A stretch of DNA of 64,000 nucleotides from an uncultured Thermoanaerobaculia bacterium. Its GTDB lineage: Bacteria; Acidobacteriota; Thermoanaerobaculia; Thermoanaerobaculales; Sulfomarinibacteraceae. The first letter of the stretch is position 1. Each line of letters opens with the position of its first letter. The DNA lies in assembly GCA_964641415.1 (NCBI GenBank), contig CAZXMW010000006.1, forward strand, positions 2,088 through 66,087. The letters are read 5' to 3'. A program made the position numbers and the translations under genes. This document shows positions 1 through 9,248 of this stretch, one piece after another. The notes below the pieces were generated by a model. That model saw nothing but the letters and a program-made list of their open reading frames with translations. It had not been told where the DNA came from and made no database searches.

Positions 1-461
1 ACGTCCGAGCTCAGGAAGAACACGGCGTGGAAAAGGGTCGCGGCGACGCCGGTCGCGAGGTACCAGAAGACGAAGACCGCCGGGCCGAGCCGGTGCTCGA
101 CGTTGTCGCCGTAGATCCACAAGAAGAGCATGTTGCCGGCCAGATGCATCAGGCCACCGTGCAGGAAGAGCGAGAACAGCAGGTCGAAGAACGACGGCGC
201 GGCGGGCCGGTAGCCGTGCTCGAAGACGAAGAGGTCGTAGGCCGAGACCTGGCTCGCGGCCTGCCGGAGCTCCTGCCGGCTGCCGACCAGCTGGGTCAGA
301 AACTCCAGGTACTCGGCAAAGGCGGGGTCCGAGGTGTCAGCCGGCTGGGTGCCGAGCGGCAGGCTGACCAGAATGAAGACCGCCACGTTGACGGCGATGA
401 TCGCCCAGGTCGCCCACGGCGTGCCCTTGGGGTTCGGCGCGTCGGAGATCGGCAGGAACAT
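1..461 (-). CDS. rhomboid family intramembrane serine protease, N-terminal part (gene runs off the left window edge)
   Basis: Own minus-strand translation from ATG at 461 (absent from ORF track because there is no in-window stop). It reads MFLPISDAPNPKGTPWATWAIIAVNVAVFILV...FSLFLHGGLMHLAGNMLFLWIYGDNVEHRLGPAVFVFWYLATGV. The block HGGxxHLxxNMxxLxxxGxxxE is a rhomboid core signature. The catalytic GxSG lies outside the window. Confidence 0.7.
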   Translation of the reverse strand, partial: MFLPISDAPNPKGTPWATWAIIAVNVAVFILVSLPLGTQPADTSDPAFAEYLEFLTQLVGSRQELRQAASQVSAYDLFVFEHGYRPAAPSFFDLLFSLFLHGGLMHLAGNMLFLWIYGDNVEHRLGPAVFVFWYLATGVAATLFHAVFFLSSD

Positions 462-483
462 GTCGTGTGCCTCGCGACCCCGG

Positions 484-1326
484 TCAGAGCTCGATCGAAT
501 CGCCGGTGCGAATCGGTCGCAGCCGGTCGCCCATGACGGTCGACAGCGCCTCGAAGCCCTTGCGGCCGGTGCAGTGCCCGGTGAAGATCGGTCCCGAGAC
601 GCGGTCGAGCATGGTGCGCGCGATGGTCTCGACCTCGGACCGACTCGCCGTCATGGTGTGGGGCAGCCCGATGAGGTGGAAGCCGCCGATGACCGCGCTG
701 ATCGGGGTGTTGGGGAACTTCGCGGCGGCGGTCTCGACCATGTTGAGAATCCCGCTGTGCGAGCAGCCGGTGACGACCACCATCCCATCGCCCTCGTGAA
801 CCACCAGAATCAGCTCGTGGTCGAAGGGGTCGGGCTCGAGCCGGCCGTCCGATTCGACGTAGAGCTTCCGGTTGCCCTTGGGTCGGGGGTGGGTCTCGGC
901 GATGTCGGTGAGCAGCCAGACGCCGGGCGCGATCTCGGTGTCCTCGGCGATGAAGCGGAAGCGGTCGCTCGCGGTCTCGACCACTTCGGGATCGAGGCCG
1001 ATCGGCCGCTTGACCACCGCCAACGCCTTGAACCAGCGCGGCGCGAGCGGGGCGTTGCGAAGGAACACCGGCGCGGAGGGGTTGATCTCGAAGAACCGTC
1101 CGAGCCCGCCGCCGTGGTCGAAGTGGTGGTGCGACAGCACCGCGAGATCGACCTCGGTGAGGTCGACCCCGAGCGCCTCGGCGTTGTCGGCGAAGACGCC
1201 GCTGGCCCCGGTGTCGAAGAGGATGGTCGTCGTGCCGGTCCGGATGAGCAGCGACAGCCCGTGCTCGGGCACGAGGTCGTCGCGTCCGTCGAGGGCGTTG
1301 TTTTCGATCAAGGTGGTCACCCGCAT
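484..1326 (-). CDS. MBL-fold metallo-hydrolase
   Basis: ORF 484..1371 carries the HHHFDHGGG metal-binding motif (LSHHHFDHGGGLGRF). I prefer ATG 1326 (MRVTTLIENN) because AAGGAG lies 6-7 nt upstream. Confidence 0.85.
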   Translation of the reverse strand: MRVTTLIENNALDGRDDLVPEHGLSLLIRTGTTTILFDTGASGVFADNAEALGVDLTEVDLAVLSHHHFDHGGGLGRFFEINPSAPVFLRNAPLAPRWFKALAVVKRPIGLDPEVVETASDRFRFIAEDTEIAPGVWLLTDIAETHPRPKGNRKLYVESDGRLEPDPFDHELILVVHEGDGMVVVTGCSHSGILNMVETAAAKFPNTPISAVIGGFHLIGLPHTMTASRSEVETIARTMLDRVSGPIFTGHCTGRKGFEALSTVMGDRLRPIRTGDSIEL

Positions 1327-1531
1327 GACGTTCTCCTTGCCGCCATGGTACTCCTGACGGAAGGTCACCATGGAACCTCACGGGAACGACGTCGCGCCGT
1401 GATGCAGATTCCATCTGATCTCAGTAATGGAATTCCAGGCGGTCGATGCCTCCTGCATCGGCAGTCGGCGCGGTGCACCTGCCATCCGTGTCACGGACTC
1501 GGCCTTGATCCAGATGACGGGGTCGCCCGGG

Positions 1532-1830
1532 TCAAACACGAGGGTGGACATCGAGCGGCCGGTCGACGTGCTCGCCGCGTGCCTGCTCCGGGCTCATGTA
1601 CGCCGCGGTACCGAGCAGCACCCCTTCGATTGTCATCCCCGCGGAGAGGGTGGGCGAGAGCGAGATGCTCGACCCTCCGGAACCGCAAGAATCCGTCGCA
1701 TCGAGAGTGTCTTGGCGAGGCCGAAGTCGAGAATGGTCACATCGCCCGATCTGTCGACGGTGACGTTGGCCGGTTTGAGATCACGGTGGATGATTTCCTT
1801 GTCGTGTCCGGATCGCCGTTTCTTGTCCAT
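1532..1830 (-). pseudogene. Ser/Thr protein kinase remnant (N-lobe missing, frameshifted)
   Basis: ORF 1633..1830 reads [30 protein letters not shown] (catalytic loop and DFG) and then goes out of frame. A +1 shift restores ...GVLLGTAAYMSPEQARGEHVDR (APE segment) before a stop at 1532. No GxGxxG/VAIK region lies upstream, only a low-GC spacer. Confidence 0.75.
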
Positions 1831-1937
1831 GCCGATCGCGATTCAAGGCAACATGAAAGAGATGGAATCTCAATCTTTGCATTGGTTCATGCTAGGTTTG
1901 TGCTTGTGCCGGAGTCGGTGGCCGATGAGGGAGGCCG

Positions 1938-3257
1938 ATGATGCAACGAATCTCCAACATCGTTTTCGGAGTCATCGCGATCATCGCGATCGGGACGGTT
2001 CCTCTCTGTGCCGCAGACCATTTGGAGGTCTCCGAAGACGGACTCCACCGGGCGGCGCCGAGACCCGATGAGGCTCCGTCGGCGTGGCGGCAGGGCGGCG
2101 ACGTGCCCTACCCGCTGGTTGCCGACTGGACGAGCCCGCTGCGGGTTCAGGTCGGCGGACTCGAGGTCGCCGACGTGGACGGCGACGGCGACAACGACCT
2201 TGTGGTCGGCTGCTACAGCTCGAGCTCATTCCCACCCTATGACGACTGGGAGAATCTGATCTACTTCAACACCGGCACCGAGCTTGAAGCGTCCCCGTCG
2301 TGGGTGTCGGCCGACGAGCGCTCGACCGGGGACATCCGGGTCGCGCTGATCAACGACGACCCCTTCCCGGACGTCTTCGCGGCCAACGGCGGCACCGAGA
2401 TGGCGCCGTCGGTGATCTACTTCGGCTCTGCCACCGGTCCGAGCACGACCCCGGGGTGGTTCGCCGCCGATGTCGCGTGGACCAACTTCGCCGCGCCCTT
2501 CGACTTCGATCACGACGGCGACATCGACGTCGCGACGGCGAACCAGGGCAACTCCCAGTACGACCCGTACCGACCGATGGTGCTGTACGTCAATGACGGC
2601 GGGACCCTCGAGACCAGCCCGAGCTGGGTATCGGCCGAGATCTCGATTCAGAACTTCCTGTCGTGGGGCGATCGCGACGGCGACGGTTGGGAGGACCTGG
2701 CGGTGTCCAAGTGGGCGAACTTCGAAAGTGGTGTCTACCGCAACGTGGCGGGCGTCCTCGATATCACGCCGATCTGGACCACGGGCACGACCGACACAGA
2801 CAAGGGTGTCGGCTGGGCCGATGTCGACGGCGATGACGATCCGGATCTCGCCCTCGGTCACGATCCGACCCAGCTCTGGACCAACACCTCAGGCAGCCTG
2901 GCAGTGACCTGGACGTCGGCGGCGCCCTATCACGGGCACTCCGACCTGAGGTGGGAGGACGTCGACCTCGACGGTGATCCTGATCTCGCCGAGGTCCACT
3001 TCTCGGACGGCCGCGCCCATATCTACCTCAACCGCGCCGGCGTGCTCGACAGCGTGCCGAGCTGGACCTTCGACTCGCCCCACGTCGGCACCGCCATCGC
3101 CTTCGGCGACCTCAACGGCGACGATCTCCCCGACTTGGTGGTCGGCAACTCGGGCGACACGTCGTTGTGGGTGTTCTACAACACCCTCGACTCGGCGATC
3201 TTCGCCGACGGCTTCGAGTCCGGCGGGACCGGGGCCTGGAGCGCCATCTCGCCGTAG
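1938..3257 (+). CDS. secreted FG-GAP/VCBS repeat protein with C-terminal FADGFESG..W motif
   Basis: Signal peptide MMQRISNIVFGVIAIIAIGTVPLCAA. Repeated DVDGDGDxDL / DxDGDGxxDL FG-GAP-type calcium-binding loops. Ends ...SAIFADGFESGGTGAWSAISP. Confidence 0.85.
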   Translation: MMQRISNIVFGVIAIIAIGTVPLCAADHLEVSEDGLHRAAPRPDEAPSAWRQGGDVPYPLVADWTSPLRVQVGGLEVADVDGDGDNDLVVGCYSSSSFPPYDDWENLIYFNTGTELEASPSWVSADERSTGDIRVALINDDPFPDVFAANGGTEMAPSVIYFGSATGPSTTPGWFAADVAWTNFAAPFDFDHDGDIDVATANQGNSQYDPYRPMVLYVNDGGTLETSPSWVSAEISIQNFLSWGDRDGDGWEDLAVSKWANFESGVYRNVAGVLDITPIWTTGTTDTDKGVGWADVDGDDDPDLALGHDPTQLWTNTSGSLAVTWTSAAPYHGHSDLRWEDVDLDGDPDLAEVHFSDGRAHIYLNRAGVLDSVPSWTFDSPHVGTAIAFGDLNGDDLPDLVVGNSGDTSLWVFYNTLDSAIFADGFESGGTGAWSAISP

Positions 3258-3589
3258 GGGAGGGGATCAACCGCGAAGAGGCGAAGGGTCTCCCGCGGGT
3301 GCGGGAATCGCTCCGTCTCACGACATTTCATCGGGAGAGGGAGCGGTCTGCCTCCCCTGAGGGGATTCTTCGACTCGCTCGCGGACTCGCTGGCTCAGAA
3401 TGACATGGGGCCGGACGGCGGTCTCATCGGTCTGCAACGCCAGCCTTCGGATGAGACCTCAGCTCGGGTGAGATGCTTCGCGGCATCTTCGCGGGCTTCG
3501 CGTTTTTGCGGTTTCATCGTGCCTCGTCGCCGGTCGGCCCTCGATGGGCCCAACGCCCTCCCGGCCTGCCGACCCGAACGTACGAGCCC

Positions 3590-4456
3590 TCACTCCTTCA
3601 GCGTCTCGTTGAGAAACGCCACGGTCCTCTGCCAGGACAGTTCGGCCGCGGCTGCCTCGTAGTTGCGGCCGGACGGGTTTGCGAAGGCGTGGCCGGCGCC
3701 GTCGTAGACGTGGATGGTGGCGACGGCGCCGACCTCGGCGAGCGCCTGCTCGAAGGCCCGGACCTGGGCGAGGGGAATGCCCTGGTCGGCCTCGCCGAAG
3801 TGGCCGAGGATGGGCATCTCGAGGGTTGCGAGCCGCTCCGAATCGCTGACCATCCGGCCGTAGTACATCACCGTCGCGTCGAGCTCGTCGGGCAGGGCGA
3901 GCGCCGTGTTGAGCGCCCAGCCGCCGCCGAAGCACCAGCCCAGCGCGCCGATCTCGCCTGCCTGCTCGGTCTCGTCGAGAGAGGCGAAGGCCTGCTTCAG
4001 GTTGTCGATCGCGGTGTCCTCGTCGACCGCCTGCATGAGCTCCCGGGCGCGCTCGGGTGTGTCGGCGCCCTCACCGCCGTACAGGTCGACCGCGAGCGAC
4101 AGGAAACCCTCGTCGGCGAGCCGGCGGGTCATGGTCCGAATGTTGTCGTTGAGGCCCCACCACTCGTGAATCACGATGAGAGCGGGCCCGCCCGGGGCCC
4201 AGTCGGCCGGCCGGGCCAGGAAGCCCTCGACGGGACTGCCGTCGACGGTCGCGTACCGGACGGTTTCACCGACCGAGGTCAGGTCACCCTCGGGCGACGA
4301 CATGGGGTTGGCCACCGGGGCGTCGTCGGCGTGCTCGGCCGCCATCCGCTCGGCGTGCTCCTCGGCGGTCATGTCGGGGTTGCCGCCGTTGCCGCAGCCG
4401 ACCAGGGCCAGGGCGACGATGACGGGAAACAGCAGGGTTGATCCAGGCGTTCGCAT
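3590..4456 (-). CDS. dienelactone hydrolase family lipoprotein
   Basis: Lipobox LALVGC. Body matches DLH-family blocks (ALIVIHEWWGLNDNIRTMTRRLADEGF, GALGWCFGGGWAL, DGAGHAFANP). Confidence 0.85.
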   Translation of the reverse strand: MRTPGSTLLFPVIVALALVGCGNGGNPDMTAEEHAERMAAEHADDAPVANPMSSPEGDLTSVGETVRYATVDGSPVEGFLARPADWAPGGPALIVIHEWWGLNDNIRTMTRRLADEGFLSLAVDLYGGEGADTPERARELMQAVDEDTAIDNLKQAFASLDETEQAGEIGALGWCFGGGWALNTALALPDELDATVMYYGRMVSDSERLATLEMPILGHFGEADQGIPLAQVRAFEQALAEVGAVATIHVYDGAGHAFANPSGRNYEAAAAELSWQRTVAFLNETLKE

Positions 4457-4568
4457 GTGTTCCTCCTCGGGTTTGATCCTCAGACGAAACAGATCCGACC
4501 GCCGAGCCCTTCCGTCCGTCGCCTCACTCGTTCAAATTCAAAGATTTCAACGCCGTTGTCTGCATCGA

Positions 4569-5669
4569 TCAGAACCGCCCCTCGAGGCTGCCGGCGTAGC
4601 CGGTGAGCTCGACGTAGCCCTCGCCCCGGGCGCTACCGGTGGCCTCGACCGGCCCCTCCCAGTAGACGACGCCGGTGGTGGCGCTGCCGTCGAGTTCGGA
4701 GGCGGGCAGCAGGCCCTCCACGTCGAGGTCGATGTCGTGCTCCGGCACCCGGAGGCGCCAGCGGACCGGGTAGCGGCCGCCGGTGGCCGGGCTGGTCCAC
4801 CAGTCCAGAGGTTCGATGTCGACGTCGTCGCGGGCGAGCGTCGTGGTGCTGCCGTCGGGCCGGACCACGGTGCCCGAGGAGTAGGGATCGGGCGTGCCGT
4901 CGGCGCGGCGCAGCCGGTAGACCATGAGATCGCGGCCGTCGTCGAGGCGGAGGCTGAACCAGTCCCAACCAGCGACGCCCTCGCCGAGCTGCGAGGTGCC
5001 CCACTCGTGGTCGAACCACGCGGCGCCCTCGACCTCGACGCTTCGGCCGCCGATATCGATGCTGCCTTTGACCGCGAGCCGGGTCCAGCTCAGGTAGGCC
5101 GAGGCGTTGCCCGGGTCGCCGCCCTTCTGCGAGTAGCCGCGGTCGCCCTGGAACACGAAGGGCCGCAGGGGCTCGAGCTCGAGGTCGAGGCCGATGGCGG
5201 CAACCCGATCGCGGGCGTCGATGGCGATGACGCCGTCGTCCGCGCGCCGCATCTCCCAGTCGTCGAGCCAGACCTCGAGGCTCTCGGTGGACCAGCCGGC
5301 GAGGCCGCCGCCCGAGCGCCGCAGCCGCTCGGCATGGTGAAACTCGCCGCTCTCGATGTCGGCGACGGCAAGGTGGGCGGCGGCGATCTGCCGTGCCCGC
5401 AGTCGCGACGCGCCGGCCGGCGGATCGCCGGGCTCGAGGCCCTGTCGGAAGAAGGTGATCTGAAAACCCCAGCGCCGGCCTGTCGTGTCGTTGACCAGGC
5501 CGGTGACGTACCACCACTCGGTGCGGGTGTCTGGGTGGGCGCCGTGGTCGCGCGGGAAGTCGAGCTCGGGGGGCCCGGTGATCTCGCGCCAGCCGTCGTC
5601 GGCCGAGACCGGGTGACCGACCAGGAGCAGGCAGACGACGAGCGGCAGCGTGATGGTGAACAGACGCAT
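4569..5669 (-). CDS. AttH/CrtC-like (hydroxyneurosporene synthase family, lipocalin-like) exported protein
   Basis: This is the last 367 codons of the artefactual 1423-aa ORF. Signal MRLFTITLPLVVCLLLVG, then DFPRDHGAHPDTRTEWWYVTG, AWFDHEWG and VVYWEGP blocks typical of AttH/CrtC. ATGA start/stop overlap with the upstream permease gene. Confidence 0.8.
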   Translation of the reverse strand: MRLFTITLPLVVCLLLVGHPVSADDGWREITGPPELDFPRDHGAHPDTRTEWWYVTGLVNDTTGRRWGFQITFFRQGLEPGDPPAGASRLRARQIAAAHLAVADIESGEFHHAERLRRSGGGLAGWSTESLEVWLDDWEMRRADDGVIAIDARDRVAAIGLDLELEPLRPFVFQGDRGYSQKGGDPGNASAYLSWTRLAVKGSIDIGGRSVEVEGAAWFDHEWGTSQLGEGVAGWDWFSLRLDDGRDLMVYRLRRADGTPDPYSSGTVVRPDGSTTTLARDDVDIEPLDWWTSPATGGRYPVRWRLRVPEHDIDLDVEGLLPASELDGSATTGVVYWEGPVEATGSARGEGYVELTGYAGSLEGRF

Positions 5670-8209
5670 CAGCCCTCCTCGCGCAGCACGGTGGCCGGCT
5701 GGAGCCGGGCGGCGACCAGCGCCGGCGGCAGCCCGGCGAGCAGACAGATGGCGACGATCCAGCTCACCATGGCCGCCAGCGAGCCCCACGGCAGGACGAG
5801 CTCGAGGGACCAGCCGAAAGACTGAAGGTTGACGACCTCGACCAGGATGACGCCGACAACGAGCCCGATGACCGAACCGGCGGCAGCGGCGGCGATCCCG
5901 AGCAGACCGGCCTCGGCGACCACCATGGCAACGAGCTGGCGGCGCGAACCGCCGATCGCGCGCACCGTGGCGAGCTCGCGGCGGCGCTCGCCGACCAGGG
6001 TGAGCAGCACCGTGAGGACCGCCACCACGGCGACCACCGCGGTCACCAGGTACATCGCGGTGGTGATGGCGAAGGTCCGCTCGAAGGCGGCGAGCACCGC
6101 ACCCTTGAGCTCTCGGTTGTCCAGGGCCTCGATCAGGAAGCGGCCGCGCACGGCATCGAACAGCCGCGCTCGCGCCGCCTCGATGTCGGTTCCCGGCGGC
6201 AGGAAGAGGGCCATGTCGTCGGGCCCGGCGTCGGGGAAGAAGCGCAGGAAGTCGGAGCGGTCGACGACCACCAGCCCGTGCGATCGTGAGTAATCGCGGA
6301 ACACGCCCACGATGTGGCGCTCGAGCACCCCGCCCGGCAGCTCGAGGCGGAGGGTGTCGCCTTCGGCGACGCCGAAGCGGTTGGCGAAGGGCTCGTTGAC
6401 CACCGCTGCGCGCTCCCGGTAGGCGATCTCGAAGACCTCGGCCGAGTCCCGGCCCGGGAAGGGCACGCTTCCGTAATGCTGGACGACGTCGAAGGCGGCG
6501 CCGGAGAAGCTCACCGGACGCCCCCGGTGCTCGACGGTCTGCGAATAGAACGGATCGACGGTCTCGGCGCCGAACAGCTCCTCGGCGATGGTGACGATTT
6601 CCGGATCGAGTCGGCCAACCCAGACCCCGGTGTCGGCGGCGAGCGGCCGGACCCATAAGTCGGCGCGCATGCCCGACTCGGTCCAGCTCTCCACCGTGGC
6701 GCGGAACGAGCTCACCATGGTCGCGATGGCGACCGCCAGGGCGACCGCGACCGCCACCGAGCCGGCCGCCCAGGCGGCCCGCTGGCGCCCCGCCGACAGC
6801 GCCGCCGAGGCGAGTTGGAGCGCCGCGGCGCCGAGCCGCGCGAAGGGCAGGTGGCCGAGGCGGGCGAGGGAGTCGAGCAGCACGCCGGCGCCGACCAGCA
6901 GCGACGCCATGGCGATGAGCGCGGCGACGAGGGCGGCGATGGGGAGATCGAGGATGGCGGGCAGGCGGACCAGGATCGCGACCGCCGCGGCCATCAGGAG
7001 CAGCGCGAGGACGACCGCGATCCGCGTTCGCCCGGGCATCCGCCGCGGCGCCTCGGTGCGAAGGCCCTGAAGCGGCGGCACCGAGGCGATTTCCCGGAGC
7101 GGCAGGACGGCCGCGGCAAGGGCGACGACGACCGCGATGCCGAGGCCGAGAGCGGCCAGGACCGGGTCGAAGCGGATGTCCGATGCCGGGATGCCGCGCA
7201 CCACCGACGCCACCGAGAAGCGGACGCTGGCAAGCGCCAGCCGGGCGCCGCCGAAGCCCGCGGCGACACCGAGCGCGCCGCCGACGAGCCCGATGGCGAC
7301 GGCCTCGGCGAGCACCACTGCGGCGATCCGGCGCCGCGAGGCGCCGAGCGAGCGCAGCAGCGACACCACGAAGCGGCGCTGGACCACCGACGTCGCCAGA
7401 GTGGTCGCCACCAGCACCCCGCCGACCAGCAGCGAGATGGTCGACAGCGCCACCAGGTTGAAGCGCAGCGAGGCCAGCATCTGTTCGGCGAAGCGCCGCC
7501 GCTCGCTCGGCTCGCCGACCTCGACGTCGGCGGGTAAAAGCTCGACGGCGCGCCGGCGAAGCTCCGAGAGCTCGCCGTCGCCGCGCGGCACGAGCTCGAT
7601 GCGGTCGAGCCGGCCGACCCGGCCGAGTAGCTCCTGGGCCGCCGCCACGTCGACCAGCACGACGCGCTCCCAGACCGCCGACAGCCCCTCGGCCTCGAAC
7701 AGCGCCGCGACTTCGAGAGTGCGGGCACGGCCGTCGGCCGAGATGGTCAGCTCGTCGCCGGCGGCGGCCCCGAGCTCGGCGGCAAGGGCGTTCGACAGCA
7801 GCGCGCCGAAGCCGAGCAGGGTCGCGTCGAGGTCGGGAAATTCGGCGTCGCCGGCGAGGACCGGCCGAACCTCGGCGTCGAGCAGCAGGTCGACGCCGAG
7901 CAGCCGGACGCCGTCGCCGAGCCCGACGAGCAGCACTGTGTCGTCGACCACGGGCACGATCAGGGCGTCGCCGGACAGAGGACGGAGGTCTGCGAGCAGC
8001 GCCTCGTCCATGCCGCCGGGCCGCGTGACCTCGAGTCGCGCCGAGCCGGCGATCTCGTCGACGCCCTCGGCGAACGACGCCACCGCGGCGCGGCTCGCGG
8101 CCACCGTCGAGACCACCGCCGCGATCCCGGCGGCAACCCCGATCACGGTAATCAGAAAGCGCCACGGGCGACGGGCGAGGGGGCGTAGGAGGAGGGCTCG
8201 AAGGATCAT
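5669..8209 (-). CDS. ABC transporter permease, FtsX/MacB-type (double module)
   Basis: ORF 5669..8260 is a long polytopic protein with two FtsX-like membrane modules. I prefer ATG 8209 (MILRALLLRPLARRPWRF) with GGGAG about 10 nt upstream. The track start 8260 would overlap the ATPase gene by 34 nt. Confidence 0.8.
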   Translation of the reverse strand: MILRALLLRPLARRPWRFLITVIGVAAGIAAVVSTVAASRAAVASFAEGVDEIAGSARLEVTRPGGMDEALLADLRPLSGDALIVPVVDDTVLLVGLGDGVRLLGVDLLLDAEVRPVLAGDAEFPDLDATLLGFGALLSNALAAELGAAAGDELTISADGRARTLEVAALFEAEGLSAVWERVVLVDVAAAQELLGRVGRLDRIELVPRGDGELSELRRRAVELLPADVEVGEPSERRRFAEQMLASLRFNLVALSTISLLVGGVLVATTLATSVVQRRFVVSLLRSLGASRRRIAAVVLAEAVAIGLVGGALGVAAGFGGARLALASVRFSVASVVRGIPASDIRFDPVLAALGLGIAVVVALAAAVLPLREIASVPPLQGLRTEAPRRMPGRTRIAVVLALLLMAAAVAILVRLPAILDLPIAALVAALIAMASLLVGAGVLLDSLARLGHLPFARLGAAALQLASAALSAGRQRAAWAAGSVAVAVALAVAIATMVSSFRATVESWTESGMRADLWVRPLAADTGVWVGRLDPEIVTIAEELFGAETVDPFYSQTVEHRGRPVSFSGAAFDVVQHYGSVPFPGRDSAEVFEIAYRERAAVVNEPFANRFGVAEGDTLRLELPGGVLERHIVGVFRDYSRSHGLVVVDRSDFLRFFPDAGPDDMALFLPPGTDIEAARARLFDAVRGRFLIEALDNRELKGAVLAAFERTFAITTAMYLVTAVVAVVAVLTVLLTLVGERRRELATVRAIGGSRRQLVAMVVAEAGLLGIAAAAAGSVIGLVVGVILVEVVNLQSFGWSLELVLPWGSLAAMVSWIVAICLLAGLPPALVAARLQPATVLREEG

Positions 8210-8226
8210 CGGATCGGCGCTCCCGA

Positions 8227-8943
8227 TCACTCCACCAGGCGGCCGTCGGCGAGCCGGCACACCCGGTCGGCGGCGTCGGCGATGGCGGCGTCGTGGGTGG
8301 CGAGGAGCAGGGCCGCGTTCTCCTCCCGCCGGAGCTCGTCGAGCAGGGCGAGGACCTCAGCGCCGGTGCGGCTGTCCAGGTTTCCGGTGGGCTCGTCGGC
8401 GACCACCACCCGTGGCCGATGAACCAGGGCGCGGGCCACGGCGGTGCGCTGCTGCTCGCCGCCCGACAGCTCGGACGGGTAGTGTCGAGCGCGATGGGAC
8501 AGCCCGACGCGGTCGATGAACTCCCGGATCCGTGCCGGATCCCGGCCGCCGTCGAGGGCCAGGGGTAGGCCGATGTTCTCCTCGACGGTGAGGTGGGGGA
8601 CCAGGTGGAAGGCCTGGAACACCATGCCGATGTGCCGGCGGCGCAGGGTGACGATCTCGTCCTCCGATGCGGTGCCCAGGTCGACGCCGCACACTTCGAC
8701 CGAGCCCCGGTCGGGCCGGTCGACAGCCGCCACCAGGTTGAGGGCGGTCGACTTGCCGCAACCCGAGGAGCCGACCAGGGCGACCAGCTCGCCGGCGTGA
8801 AGCCGGAGGCTGAGGTCGACCAGAGCCTGGACCTGCTCATCGCCGCGGATGTATTCGCGGCCGGCCTTGCTCATGACGACGACGGGTGATGTGGGCGTAT
8901 TCATCGCATCCGGCGAACCGACGGAGGCCTCCGCGTCTTCCAT
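8227..8943 (-). CDS. ABC transporter ATP-binding protein (LolD/MacB-like)
   Basis: Walker A GSSGCGKST, signature LSGGEQQR, Walker B VVVADEPTGNLD. The start may be an internal Met (MNTPTS or MSKAG). Confidence 0.9.
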   Translation of the reverse strand: MEDAEASVGSPDAMNTPTSPVVVMSKAGREYIRGDEQVQALVDLSLRLHAGELVALVGSSGCGKSTALNLVAAVDRPDRGSVEVCGVDLGTASEDEIVTLRRRHIGMVFQAFHLVPHLTVEENIGLPLALDGGRDPARIREFIDRVGLSHRARHYPSELSGGEQQRTAVARALVHRPRVVVADEPTGNLDSRTGAEVLALLDELRREENAALLLATHDAAIADAADRVCRLADGRLVE

Positions 8944-9248
8944 CAGACGTCGCCGAATTCGCCGAGCGGACGGTAGCAGAAGACGTAGGCGCCGTCATCG
9001 ACCACGACCTTGAGCTCGGCGCCGCGGTTGATCGCGTAGTCGATGTAGCCGGGGATGTCGCAGTCGTCGTGGCACTCGCTGGCGTGGGCGGGCGATTCGC
9101 GCTCGGCGCCACGGTCGAACCACGACAGGCAGATCGGCTGATCGAGTCGCGCGTGGGCGGCCTCGTCGGCGAGCCGTTTGGCTTCGGCGAAGGCTACGCC
9201 CTGCCCGGCGGTGTCGATGCTCTCGGTGGTCAGCGGATCATCCGTCAT
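8943..9248 (-). CDS. small conserved-looking Cys/His protein, function unknown
   Basis: 101-aa ORF with non-shadow composition (…ICLSWFDRGAERESPAHASECHDDCDIPGYIDYAINRGAELKVVVDDGAYVFCYRPLG). It overlaps the upstream stop (9238/9248) and the downstream start (ATGA at 8943), so it is likely translationally coupled within the operon. Confidence 0.6.
   Translation of the reverse strand: MTDDPLTTESIDTAGQGVAFAEAKRLADEAAHARLDQPICLSWFDRGAERESPAHASECHDDCDIPGYIDYAINRGAELKVVVDDGAYVFCYRPLGEFGDV

Noticed and set aside
4569-8840. 1423-aa ORF on the minus strand, the longest in the track
   Set aside because: Apart from its last 367 codons (the AttH-like gene), it is Arg/Pro/Ala-rich low-complexity text running out of frame across the genuine permease and ATPase genes. 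This is a typical high-GC shadow ORF.
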